A stretch of 64,000 nucleotides of DNA from Alphaproteobacteria bacterium (GCA_039980135.1 JBDXCV010000001.1:74914-138913); one strand, 5' to 3'. Counted from the first letter of the stretch, positions 49,788 to 59,180 are shown. Program-made: numbers and translations. The notes: generated by a model not told the origin, from the letters alone.

Positions 49788-50819
49788 CTAGTCCCAGTCT
49801 TCGGCGTAGGCGAAGTTCCGCGCCGCATAGTCTGCGTGAAATTCTCCGAATGTGACCGGCGGGTACTTCGCCGGATGTTCGGAGTCCGTGCAACTGGGCA
49901 AACACTCCATCACGGCATCCACATTCGGATAGAGAAAGAAGATGTTCGAGTGGCGGTCGGTGTCGGATGCCGCGCGAACCCGGTGGGGAGTCGCCTGATA
50001 CACATCGTTGGACCAACGACTCAGGGTGCTGCCGGTGTTGAACAGCAGACCCTCGGGCACGACCGGTTGCGCGATCCATTCATCCGACGGTGTGAGAATT
50101 TCCAGGCCCGGATGGGTGGCCGGTGGAATAAGTGACAGGAACGACAGGTCCTTGTGACCGGGCAGGGAGATTTCTTCATTCCTGTCGGGGACCTGCGGGT
50201 AGTGGGCGATCCGGGTCATTGAACTTGAACGCTCGAAAAACGGCGTGAAAAACTCCGGCGCCATTCCCAGGGCGACGGACAGGACCGGCAGCAGTTTCCG
50301 GGCGAAGCTCTCGAATGTCTCATGGAATTCCATGAACGCGCGTCGCACGCCGGGCGCCGTCGCCTCTTCCGGCCATTTGTTGTGGCCGCGAAATCGACGG
50401 TTTTTTCCGAAATCCGGATCGTCGGGTGAGAGATCGAAGGTGAATTTATACGCCTCGCTGACCTGCGCCTTCTGTGCCATCGCGTGGGTCTCGAAGGTGT
50501 CTTTGTGCACGGATACGTTCGGCGGCATGTAGCCGCACTGGTGACGGTTCATCCGCACCTTCAGTTTCTCGTCCATCGGCAGGGCATGGAACCGGCGCGC
50601 GGCATCGAACGCCCGCCTCACGACTCCCCGATCGATCCTATGGTTGATCAGAAACAGGAAACCTATGCCCGTGCAGGCCTCGTGGAACGCTGCCGCGGCA
50701 AGCTCGACGGCGCCTGGATCGCGGGCGAGCACCGGCCCGATATCCACAATTGGTATCTCGTTGGAGTCGATGCCGGCGGTCGGTCGGGCGCTGGCGCTGC
50801 GGCGGGGCATCGTCGTCAT
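49788..50819 (-). CDS. 2-oxoglutarate/Fe(II)-dependent oxygenase (isopenicillin N synthase-like family)
   Basis: IPIVDIGPVL ... GFLFLINHRI N-terminal DIOX_N pattern, and HxD...H facial triad region HKDLSFLSL. 343 aa. Confidence 0.75.
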   Translation of the reverse strand: MTTMPRRSASARPTAGIDSNEIPIVDIGPVLARDPGAVELAAAAFHEACTGIGFLFLINHRIDRGVVRRAFDAARRFHALPMDEKLKVRMNRHQCGYMPPNVSVHKDTFETHAMAQKAQVSEAYKFTFDLSPDDPDFGKNRRFRGHNKWPEEATAPGVRRAFMEFHETFESFARKLLPVLSVALGMAPEFFTPFFERSSSMTRIAHYPQVPDRNEEISLPGHKDLSFLSLIPPATHPGLEILTPSDEWIAQPVVPEGLLFNTGSTLSRWSNDVYQATPHRVRAASDTDRHSNIFFLYPNVDAVMECLPSCTDSEHPAKYPPVTFGEFHADYAARNFAYAEDWD

Positions 50820-50822
50820 CCC

Positions 50823-51308
50823 CTACAGATGGGCCACGTTCAGCGACCGGCCCCACCTGTCCTCCAGATATTCGACCACGAGGCGGCGATGGCAATTGTG
50901 GGGCTTGTCCTCGCTGCACAGCAGGCACGCGCCTTCGAGCTCTTCCGGCTTGAACTGTTTCTCGATCTTCCGGGCGCGCATGATTTCGAGGAAGCGGGGT
51001 TCGAAGGCATCCCATCCGAGACCCTTCTTGCGATAGTCGGAGAACAGGGTCTCATCGGGGGCAAGTTCCGGCGCGTGCCGATACTCGATGCCACCGATGT
51101 GACCGAGAAAGTAGGCGAGGTCGGTGGCTTTGGCGAACCCGGCGAGCTGGGATGTATTCTGCAACCGGACATCGATCACCGAGCGCACGCCCGCATCGTT
51201 CAGGCGGCGGAAGAAATTTTCCGCACTGGTCTTCGTGAACCCGATAGTGAACGTCGCCATGCCTGGAAGTACTCCCGTTGCCGGCCGGTCTGCTTGGCCT
51301 GAACTCAA
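50823..51308 (-). CDS. DUF488 family protein
   Basis: FTIGFTKTSAENFFRRLNDAGVRSVIDVRL pattern of DUF488. 161 aa. 3-nt gap to the 2OG oxygenase gene. Confidence 0.6.
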   Translation of the reverse strand: MSSGQADRPATGVLPGMATFTIGFTKTSAENFFRRLNDAGVRSVIDVRLQNTSQLAGFAKATDLAYFLGHIGGIEYRHAPELAPDETLFSDYRKKGLGWDAFEPRFLEIMRARKIEKQFKPEELEGACLLCSEDKPHNCHRRLVVEYLEDRWGRSLNVAHL

Positions 51309-51402
51309 TTCGGCAAGTCCGCCAATTCTCTCACAAATACGTGACGCAGAGTGACTTTATGCGAAGCGGCGGATCATCATCTAATGCCCATGATCATCGT
51401 GC

Positions 51403-51463
51403 TTCTCCATTCAAATCACGCTTGGAGAAAACTGAACGGCGGCGGAGACGCCGCTGTTTTTTT
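51403..51463 (+). promoter_or_regulatory. structured 5' leader: hairpin TTCTCCA-N13-TGGAGAA followed by an intrinsic terminator (GCGGCG-GAGA-CGCCGC + T7)
   Basis: Seen directly, 50 to 110 nt upstream of the first DUF3179 gene start. The GNRA-looped GC stem is followed by TGTTTTTTT. TGATCAT elements flank it. Confidence 0.5.
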
Positions 51464-51510
51464 CCCCGCCATGATCATGCGAACTTTAAACTGAACACGA
51501 AAGCGACGGG

Positions 51511-52512
51511 ATGTTCGTCATGCCATTTCTCACCACTCAAAAATGGGGCCGCGTCGGTGCCATCATCGGCGCCGGCCTGCTGTTCCTCGCCGTGTCCGCC
51601 AGCGGTCAGGCCAACCCGGCGTTCTGGAAGCTTGAATGGCCACAAACGGATTTCTCGAAATCGAGCGTACCGTTTGACGAAATTTTCTCGGGCGGAGTCC
51701 CGAAGGACGGCATTCCCCCGATCTACGAACCGCGCTTTGCGTCCATCGCCGAGGTGGACCGGTTGTATACGGGAACCGAGCCGGTGATCACCGTGTCGAT
51801 CAATGGCGCGGCCCGCGCTTATCCGCTGGGTATCCTGATGACCCATGAGATCGTCAATGACGAACTCGGCGGCAAGCCGATTGCGGTCACCTTCTGTCCG
51901 CTGTGCAATTCGGCGGTTGTCTTCGAACGCGACGTCAACGGCCAGACCCTTACATTCGGTGTGTCCGGCAAGCTTCGCTTCTCCGATCTGGTGATGTGGG
52001 ATCACGAGACCAACAGCTGGTGGCAGCAGTTCATCGGCGAGGGGATCGTCGGTGAGATGACCGGCACCCAGCTGACCATGCTGCCCGTCCGTGTCGAGGC
52101 GTTCGACCTGTTCAAGGAGCGGTTCCCCGAGGGCGAGGTGCTTTTGAGCCCGCGCGGCGGTCCTGGTTTCAACCCCTATGCCGGTTACGACAGCGCGTCG
52201 CGTCCGTTCCTGTATCGCGGTAGCTTCCCCGAGGGTATCCGCCCGCTTGACTATGTGGTTGCCGTCGGCAGCGAAGCCTGGTCGATGGAGCTCCTCAGCA
52301 AGGAAAAGCGGGTCGAGACCGACAACCTGGTTATCACTTGGGAATCCGGCCAGAACTCGGCGATGGATGCCCGCAATATCTCCCATGGCCGAGACATCGG
52401 TAACGTGACAGTGCAGCGCAAGGAAGGCGACAAGCTCGTCGATGAAGTTCATGACGTGACCTTTGCGTTCTCGTTCCATGCGTTCAACCCGGACAGCACC
52501 ATCAACAAGTAA
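51511..52512 (+). CDS. DUF3179 family secreted protein, paralogue 1
   Basis: Signal peptide. Conserved blocks YPLGILMTHEIVNDE, TFCPLCNSAVVFER, SWWQQFIGEGIVGEMTG shared with the next two genes. Confidence 0.7.
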   Translation: MFVMPFLTTQKWGRVGAIIGAGLLFLAVSASGQANPAFWKLEWPQTDFSKSSVPFDEIFSGGVPKDGIPPIYEPRFASIAEVDRLYTGTEPVITVSINGAARAYPLGILMTHEIVNDELGGKPIAVTFCPLCNSAVVFERDVNGQTLTFGVSGKLRFSDLVMWDHETNSWWQQFIGEGIVGEMTGTQLTMLPVRVEAFDLFKERFPEGEVLLSPRGGPGFNPYAGYDSASRPFLYRGSFPEGIRPLDYVVAVGSEAWSMELLSKEKRVETDNLVITWESGQNSAMDARNISHGRDIGNVTVQRKEGDKLVDEVHDVTFAFSFHAFNPDSTINK

Positions 52513-52542
52513 CTCGACGGACAGAGACCCGGACGCGCAACC

Positions 52543-53595
52543 ATGATGCTGAAAAGATTCCTGAGCAGGCATCTCGGCGATGGAGAGGGCCGGTCCCGGT
52601 CGGGGCTGGCCTTCGTCGTTTTTGCAATCGCCGGGTTGTCGCTCTGGTCGGCGTTGCCGGGCGCCTTCGCGCAGGGTGTGTCGAAATGGCAGCGAGAGTT
52701 CCCGGCGACCAATTTCGCGAGCCGGATCGTCGAACTCGATGAAATCGACGATGACGGCAATACGCGGGATTCAATCCCGCCGGTGCGCGAGCCGAAATAT
52801 GTGCCCGCCTCCGAGGTCAGGGATATCGGCCCGCTCGAGCCCGTTTTGTCGGTCGGCATCAACGGTGATTTCCGTGCTTACCCGCTCCGCATCCTGCTGT
52901 GGCACGAGATCGTCAACGAGGTTATCGGGGATACACCGGTGCTGATCAGCTACTGCCCGCTTTGCAATTCGGGTGTGGTGTTCGACCGACGGTTGGGAGA
53001 GCGGCTGCTGGAGTTCGGCAACACCGGCCGGCTGCGCCATCGCGATATGGTCATGTATGACAAGGAGACCGAGAGCTGGTGGCAGCAATTTACCGGTGAA
53101 GCAATTATCGGCGACCTTTCGGGCAAACGCATGACGCCGATCCCGGCCCGGCTGGAATCCCTGGCGCGTTTCCGCGAACGCGCGCCGGACGGCCAGGTGC
53201 TGGTGCCCGAGGACGAGGGCGCGCGACCCTATGGCGCCTCGCCCTATGTGGGAATGGACACCCAGCGTATCCCGCGCGCGCTGCAGGCGGTTCACTTTCC
53301 TTATCCGCTACCGGACGGGGTGAGCCCGATGGACCGGGTCGTGGTCGTCGGCGATGAAGCCTGGACGCTTTCGGCACTGCGCGAGAGGTCGCCGGTCACG
53401 GACGATGACCTGGTGCTGAGCTGGCAGGCCGGTCAGAACTCCATCCATGACACGCAACTGATCTTCCGGGGCCGCGACGTCGGCAATGTCGTGGTTCAGC
53501 GGAAAACAGCCGACGGCGCCGAGGATGTGCCCTATGACGTTGTGTTCGCCTTTTCGTTCCGCGCCTTCAATCCGGATGGCACGCTTCACCGCTAG
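52543..53595 (+). CDS. DUF3179 family secreted protein, paralogue 2
   Basis: YPLRILLWHEIVNEV, SYCPLCNSGVVFDR, SWWQQFTGEAIIGDLSG. About 45 to 55% identical to its neighbours. Confidence 0.7.
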   Translation: MMLKRFLSRHLGDGEGRSRSGLAFVVFAIAGLSLWSALPGAFAQGVSKWQREFPATNFASRIVELDEIDDDGNTRDSIPPVREPKYVPASEVRDIGPLEPVLSVGINGDFRAYPLRILLWHEIVNEVIGDTPVLISYCPLCNSGVVFDRRLGERLLEFGNTGRLRHRDMVMYDKETESWWQQFTGEAIIGDLSGKRMTPIPARLESLARFRERAPDGQVLVPEDEGARPYGASPYVGMDTQRIPRALQAVHFPYPLPDGVSPMDRVVVVGDEAWTLSALRERSPVTDDDLVLSWQAGQNSIHDTQLIFRGRDVGNVVVQRKTADGAEDVPYDVVFAFSFRAFNPDGTLHR

Positions 53596-54577
53596 CGTGT
53601 TGGCGCTTGTGGCCGCGTTGCTGTCCGGTGCGCCGGAAGCGTCCGCCGATCCGGATCTGTGGAAGCGCGAGTTTCCGCTGACCGATTTCGCGCGCACCGA
53701 GGTGCCGCTCGAAGAGATCGAGGATGACGGCAACTACCGCGATACGATTTCTCCCATCGATAATCCCGTCTTTCAGCCGGTGGCCGCGCTGACGGCGATG
53801 GGACCGCTCGAGCCCGTACTCTCCCTCATCATCGACGGAGATGCGCGGGCCTATCCGCTGCGCATGCTGCTGTGGCATGAGATCGTCAACGATACGGTCG
53901 CCGGCGTGCCGGTGCTCGTCAGCTACTGTCCGTTGTGCAATTCCGGCGTCGTCTACGACCGACGGGTCGACGGGCAGACCGTCTCGTTCGGGAACACCGG
54001 CCGCATCCGCCACATGGACATGGTGATGTATGACCGCGCGACAGAGAGTTGGTGGCAGCAATTTACCGGCGAGGCGATCGTGGGATCACGGGCAGGCATG
54101 CTGTTGCGTACATTGCCGGCGCGGCTCGAATCTCTGGCGCGATTTCGCGAACGGGCACCGGACGGCAAGGTCATGATCCCGGCCGATGTGATGCGTCAGC
54201 CCTATGGCGAGACGCCTTATTTTCATATGGATACCCTGTGGGATACCCAATCGCGGAATATGGTGCGCGAGCGGTATCCTTCCGGCCTGCCTGACGGGAT
54301 ATCGCCTTTGACCCGGGTTGTCGCCGTCGGTGAGCGGGCATGGACGGTCGATCTCGTGCGCGCGCGTGGCCGGGTGGAGGCCGACGGCCTGACCCTGACC
54401 TGGCATCCCGGACAGAACTCGATCCATGATAGTCCGTGGATTCCGGCGGGGCGCGATGTGGGGAACATCATTGTCCAGCGAGCGGGCGCAAATGGCGCGT
54501 TGCGTGATGTCCCCCATGACGTGACGTTTGCGTTTGCGTTCCGGAATTTCCGGCCGGACGGTGAGATCGTGTTCTGA
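53576..54577 (+). CDS. DUF3179 family secreted protein, paralogue 3
   Basis: Start MARFTASVLALVAALLSGAPEASA overlaps the paralogue 2 stop by 20 nt. YPLRMLLWHEIVNDT, SYCPLCNSGVVYDR, SWWQQFTGEAIVGSRAG. Confidence 0.7.
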   Translation: MARFTASVLALVAALLSGAPEASADPDLWKREFPLTDFARTEVPLEEIEDDGNYRDTISPIDNPVFQPVAALTAMGPLEPVLSLIIDGDARAYPLRMLLWHEIVNDTVAGVPVLVSYCPLCNSGVVYDRRVDGQTVSFGNTGRIRHMDMVMYDRATESWWQQFTGEAIVGSRAGMLLRTLPARLESLARFRERAPDGKVMIPADVMRQPYGETPYFHMDTLWDTQSRNMVRERYPSGLPDGISPLTRVVAVGERAWTVDLVRARGRVEADGLTLTWHPGQNSIHDSPWIPAGRDVGNIIVQRAGANGALRDVPHDVTFAFAFRNFRPDGEIVF

Positions 54578-54649
54578 CGCCGCGGAATTCGCCGGAAGAT
54601 CGACGATTCCGGGCATTTCCGTTATAGTGCGCCTCTGGAGATACACAAG

Positions 54650-56788
54650 ATGCCACTCGACCAAACCGGACCGAATCAACCCGCCGATGGCACGGAGGCG
54701 GGGCACAAAGATGGCCATGAGTTTCGCGGCGAGGTGCAGGTTTTTCACTCGGCCTGCCCGCATGACTGCCCGAGCACTTGTGCGCTGGAGGTCGAGCGCC
54801 TGACGCCGCAGACGATCGGTCGGGTGAGGGGTGCAAGCGCCAACACCTACACGGCGGGTGTGATCTGCGCCAAGGTCGCGCGCTATGCAGAGCGGGTACA
54901 CCATCCCGACCGGCTCACCAAACCCTTGCGGCGTGTCGGCAAAAAGGGCGTCGGTCACGAAGCCTTCGAGGAAATTTCCTGGGACGACGCCCTCGACACC
55001 GTCGCCGCGGAACTGACCCGCGCTGCGGACAGGCACGGCTCCGAAACGGTCTGGCCGTTCTTCTATGCCGGCACAATGGGGCTGGTGCAGCGCGACGGGA
55101 TCGAACGCCTGCGCAACACGATGGGTTATTCGCGCCAGCATTCGACATTCTGCAATGCATTGTCGGATGCCGGCTGGATGGCCGGGGTCGGCGCGAAATG
55201 GGGTGTGGACGCGCGCGAGATGGCGGAATCGGACCTGATCGTCATCTGGGGATGCAACCCGGTGAGCACCCAGGTCAATGTGATGAGCCATGCCACCCGC
55301 GCGCGCAAGAATCGCGGCGCGAAGATTGTGGTCGTCGACCCCTATGTGACCGAGACCGCCAAGCAGGCCGACATTCATATCATGCCCAACCCGGGTACCG
55401 ACGGGGCGCTGGCATGCGCCGTCATGCATGTCCTGTTCCGCGACGGGCTGGCGGACCGGGCGTATCTGGCGAAGTACACGACAGACGCCGACGCGTTGGA
55501 GGCGCATCTGCAGGCGCGAACACCGGAATGGGCCTCGGCGATCACCGCGATCCCGGTCGAGGAGATCGAGGCGTTTGCGAAAATCTATGGCGCGAACAAG
55601 CGCAGCTATCTTCGGCTGGGGTTCGGATTCACGCGGTCGCGCAATGGTGCCGTACAGATGTTCTCGGCGAGTTGTCTGCCGGCCGTAACCGGTGCGTGGC
55701 AATATCCGGGCGGCGGTGCGCTCTATGCCCATGGCGGCATCTACAACATCGATAAAACCCTGATCGAGGGGCAGGACGCGCGCGACACGGGTGTGCGGCT
55801 GCTCGACCAGTCACGCATCGGTCCGATCCTGACCGGTGACCCGCGCGATCTTGGCGACGGCCCGCCGGTAACCGCGCTGTTCATCCAGAACACCAATCCG
55901 ATGAATGTGGCGCCCGACCTCGGAAAAGTGCGCGAGGGCTTCATGCGCGAGGACCTGTTCGTGTGTGTGCATGAGCAATTCATGACCGAGACCGCGCAGA
56001 TGGCCGATATCGTGCTGCCGGCGACGACATTCCTGGAACATGATGATTTCTACGTCGCAGGCGGGCACACCCATCTCCAGGTCACACGCGCGGTGATCGA
56101 ACCGGTGGGCGAGGCGCGCTCCAACCATGATGTGCTGTGTGCGCTGGCGGAGCGTCTGGGGGCAGCCCATCCGGGTTTCGACATGAATGCGTGGGAACTG
56201 ATGGACGAGACCCTGCGCCGATCCGGCTACGAGGGCGCGCAGGCCATATGGGAAGGGCACTGGGAAGATCGGGCGCGATCCTTCGAAGATTCCCACTTCA
56301 TCAACGGTTTCGGACATCCCGACGGCAAGTTCCACTTCGCGCCCGACTGGTCGAAGATCGGCGGCAACCATCAGGGCATGCCGCGCCTGCCGGACCATGA
56401 TGCGAACATCGACAACCGTGATGACGCGCACCCCTTCCGGCTGGTGACGGCGCCGTCGCGAAACTATCTGAACACAAGCTTCACCGAGACCGCGACGAGC
56501 CAGGCGCGGGAGGGCCGTCCCGAGGCGCAAATTCATCCCGATGTGTGTGTCGAACTCGGCCTGGAGGCCGGGGGACTCGTGCGGATCGGTAACGCACAAG
56601 GCACGGTCCTGGTCCATGTGCGTCCGACCGAGGGACTGCGCCGCGGCACGGTCATCGTCGAGAGCGTTTGGCCGAACCGGGCCTTCGTCGAGGGGATCGG
56701 CATCAATTTGTTGATCAGCGCGGATGCGGGCCGTCCGAACGGCGGCGCGGTCTTCCACGATACCGCCGTGTGGCTGCGTGGCGCATGA
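54650..56788 (+). CDS. molybdopterin (Mo-bisPGD) oxidoreductase family protein with N-terminal Fe-S motif C-x3-C-x3-C...C
   Basis: 712 aa. N-terminus HSACPHDCPSTCALEV...GVICAK, molybdopterin-binding regions, C-terminal MopB_CT beta-barrel. No Tat signal, so predicted cytoplasmic. Confidence 0.8.
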   Translation: MPLDQTGPNQPADGTEAGHKDGHEFRGEVQVFHSACPHDCPSTCALEVERLTPQTIGRVRGASANTYTAGVICAKVARYAERVHHPDRLTKPLRRVGKKGVGHEAFEEISWDDALDTVAAELTRAADRHGSETVWPFFYAGTMGLVQRDGIERLRNTMGYSRQHSTFCNALSDAGWMAGVGAKWGVDAREMAESDLIVIWGCNPVSTQVNVMSHATRARKNRGAKIVVVDPYVTETAKQADIHIMPNPGTDGALACAVMHVLFRDGLADRAYLAKYTTDADALEAHLQARTPEWASAITAIPVEEIEAFAKIYGANKRSYLRLGFGFTRSRNGAVQMFSASCLPAVTGAWQYPGGGALYAHGGIYNIDKTLIEGQDARDTGVRLLDQSRIGPILTGDPRDLGDGPPVTALFIQNTNPMNVAPDLGKVREGFMREDLFVCVHEQFMTETAQMADIVLPATTFLEHDDFYVAGGHTHLQVTRAVIEPVGEARSNHDVLCALAERLGAAHPGFDMNAWELMDETLRRSGYEGAQAIWEGHWEDRARSFEDSHFINGFGHPDGKFHFAPDWSKIGGNHQGMPRLPDHDANIDNRDDAHPFRLVTAPSRNYLNTSFTETATSQAREGRPEAQIHPDVCVELGLEAGGLVRIGNAQGTVLVHVRPTEGLRRGTVIVESVWPNRAFVEGIGINLLISADAGRPNGGAVFHDTAVWLRGA

Positions 56789-57684
56789 CGATCGGGGAAA
56801 CAGACCCGCGAAAGCCGGATCGGGAAAGCCTTGCCGGAACCGACACGACTGTCATCGTGCTCGGCAACGAAAAGGGCGGGACCGGCAAATCGACGACGGC
56901 GATGCACATCATCGTCGGGCTGTTGCGCGAAGGCTATGCGGTCGGCGCAATTGATCTGGACGCGCGACAAGGCACTCTGGCCCGATATTTCGACAATCGC
57001 CGAATCTACGCCGCGAAGATGGGCCTGCAGCTGCCACACCCGACCTACCGGGCGATCGGACGCAGCGAACTGGCTGATCGTTTTGCGGCGGAAGAGGACG
57101 AGCGCGCCCGGCTTGCGCAGGCCATGTCCGAGCTGGCCGGTGTTTGCGATGTGGTCGTGCTGGATACGCCCGGCAGCGACAATCCGCTGTCGCGCGCAGG
57201 CCATTCCTATGCCGATATCCTGATCACACCGATGAATGACAGCTTTGTCGATCTGGACCTGCTTGGCCGGATCGACCCCGAAACCAATGCGGTTCTCGCC
57301 CTCAGCGACTATTCGGAAATGGTCTGGGAACAGAAGAAGGCACGCGCCTTGCGCGACGGCGGTTCGATGGACTGGATCGTGATGCGCAACCGGCTTGCCA
57401 CGCTGGATACGAAAAACAAGCGCAATATGGATGCCGCGCTGGAGGGGCTGTCCCGCCGGCTTGGGTTTCGTCTCGCACACGGCTTCAGCGAGCGGGTGAT
57501 TTTCCGTGAATTATTCCTGAAAGGCCTGACCCTACTTGACGTTCGCGAGGAAGGTGCCGATGTCACATTGACCATGTCTCACATGGCGGCCCTGCAGGAA
57601 GTTCGCAATCTGTTGCAGGCTATTGGCGTACCCGAAGCAGCCGCCGCGCCCGAGGTTGTGCCCGGCGTTGCGGCGGTACAATAG
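56785..57684 (+). CDS. mipZ: ParA/MinD-like P-loop ATPase MipZ (division-plane positioning)
   Basis: VIVLGNEKGGTGKSTTAMH deviant Walker A, then DLDARQGTL, ILITPMNDSFVDLD, WIVMRNRLAT and RVIFRELF, colinear with Caulobacter MipZ as I recall it. The ATG overlaps the upstream stop (ATGA). Confidence 0.75.
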   Translation: MTIGETDPRKPDRESLAGTDTTVIVLGNEKGGTGKSTTAMHIIVGLLREGYAVGAIDLDARQGTLARYFDNRRIYAAKMGLQLPHPTYRAIGRSELADRFAAEEDERARLAQAMSELAGVCDVVVLDTPGSDNPLSRAGHSYADILITPMNDSFVDLDLLGRIDPETNAVLALSDYSEMVWEQKKARALRDGGSMDWIVMRNRLATLDTKNKRNMDAALEGLSRRLGFRLAHGFSERVIFRELFLKGLTLLDVREEGADVTLTMSHMAALQEVRNLLQAIGVPEAAAAPEVVPGVAAVQ

Positions 57685-57698
57685 GAGGCGATGGCGTC

Positions 57699-58424
57699 GT
57701 GACTGGAACCGACCGCGACCCGAAACTGCCCGCCGACGGCTCGTCACGCGCGGACATCGACGCGTTCCTGCAGAAGGTCGCGGCCACGCCGCCGACCAAG
57801 CCCGCCGGACGACCGGGGCGCCTGCTTTTTGCGATCGATGCCACGGCCAGCCGCGAACCCACCTGGGACATGGCCTGCCAGATCCAGTCGGAGATGTTCG
57901 CTTCGACCGACGATATCGGCGGGCTGGAGGTGCAACTCGCCTTTTATCGGGGCTTCGGCGAGATGAAGGTAACGGACTGGCTTGAATCACCCGACGATCT
58001 GGTGCGCCGCATGACGAAGGTACGCTGCCTCGCCGGCCGTACCCAGATACGCAAATTGCTGCGTCATACGCTCAAGGAGACCAAGCGCCAGAAGGTGGAT
58101 GCGCTGGTCTTTGTCGGCGATGTGGTGGAAGAGGACATCGATGAGCTGGGGCATTTTGCCGGCCAGCTCGGCCTCGTGGGAACGCCGGTGTTCATTTTTC
58201 ATGAAGGCGGGGAGCCAGTTTCGCGGCGCGCGTTCGAGCAGATTGCCAAATTGTCGGGGGGCGCATATTGCGGCTTCGACGCGGGCAGCGCGCAGCAGCT
58301 GCGTGAATTGCTCGCCGCCGTCGCGGTCTTCTCTGCCGGTGGCCGGCGCGCCCTCGAGGATCTGGGGAAGCGCAAGGGTGGCCGGGTACTCCAGATAGCC
58401 GACCAGATGCGCGGCGCGAAATAG
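57699..58424 (+). CDS. von Willebrand factor A (VWA) domain protein, cytoplasmic
   Basis: MIDAS motif LLFAIDATASREPT (DxSxS), with downstream T and D ligand positions. 241 aa. Confidence 0.6.
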   Translation: MTGTDRDPKLPADGSSRADIDAFLQKVAATPPTKPAGRPGRLLFAIDATASREPTWDMACQIQSEMFASTDDIGGLEVQLAFYRGFGEMKVTDWLESPDDLVRRMTKVRCLAGRTQIRKLLRHTLKETKRQKVDALVFVGDVVEEDIDELGHFAGQLGLVGTPVFIFHEGGEPVSRRAFEQIAKLSGGAYCGFDAGSAQQLRELLAAVAVFSAGGRRALEDLGKRKGGRVLQIADQMRGAK

Positions 58425-58433
58425 GATCGATCC

Positions 58434-59180
58434 ATGTTGCCGCTTCTCGTTCTCGCAATCTTCGTCCTGGTAGGCCTGTATTTCGTGGCGCGCTGGTTCG
58501 TTAGCGCGCAGCCGGCGCAGATATTGCGCGCCCTGCGCTGGACGGGCGCCATCCTGCTGGTGGCCGGGCTGATCGCGATCGTGCTTTCGGGACGATGGAA
58601 TTTCATCTGGGCTTTGCTCTTCCCCGCGATGCCGTTCCTGATGCGCCTGCGCGCCATGAACACGATGCGCAAGAACGCCCGCGGGCCGCGCAGCGGCCAG
58701 ACGAGCCAGGTCGAGACGCGAATCTTGCGGATGGAACTCGATCATGACACCGGCGATATGGACGGCGAGGTTCGCGAAGGACCGTTGGCCGGGCGGATGC
58801 TCTCGGCGCTGAAACTCGGTGAGCTTGTCGAACTCTGGCGGCTCTGTGCGGTGGAGGACGAACAGTCCCGCAGCGTGCTTGAGAGTTACATGGACCGCAA
58901 TCATCCCGAATGGCGTGATGTTGCGGGAGGAGAGGCGCAAGACGGCGCTGAAACGGGTGGAAATGCCGGGGGCGGATCGGGCGGTCCGAGTCCCTGGACG
59001 CAGACGGGCATGAGTGCGGCGGAGGCCCGGGAGATACTGGGCGTGGACGAAAATGCGTCGGATTCCGACATCGAAACGGCTTATCGGACCGAAATGAAGC
59101 GCGCACACCCCGACCAGGGGGGGTCCGATTGGATGGCCGCGAAGGTCAATCAGGCCAAGGATACGCTACTCGCGCGGTAA
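58434..59180 (+). CDS. membrane-anchored J-domain protein (DjlA-like co-chaperone)
   Basis: Two to three N-terminal TM helices, a Gly-rich linker, and C-terminal J-domain AREILGV...YRTEMKRAHPDQGGS (HPD motif). Confidence 0.7.
   Translation: MLPLLVLAIFVLVGLYFVARWFVSAQPAQILRALRWTGAILLVAGLIAIVLSGRWNFIWALLFPAMPFLMRLRAMNTMRKNARGPRSGQTSQVETRILRMELDHDTGDMDGEVREGPLAGRMLSALKLGELVELWRLCAVEDEQSRSVLESYMDRNHPEWRDVAGGEAQDGAETGGNAGGGSGGPSPWTQTGMSAAEAREILGVDENASDSDIETAYRTEMKRAHPDQGGSDWMAAKVNQAKDTLLAR

Noticed and set aside
54086-55732. 548-aa minus-strand ORF
   Set aside because: Antisense to the third DUF3179 paralogue and the Mo-oxidoreductase. No motifs. The sense genes are well supported.
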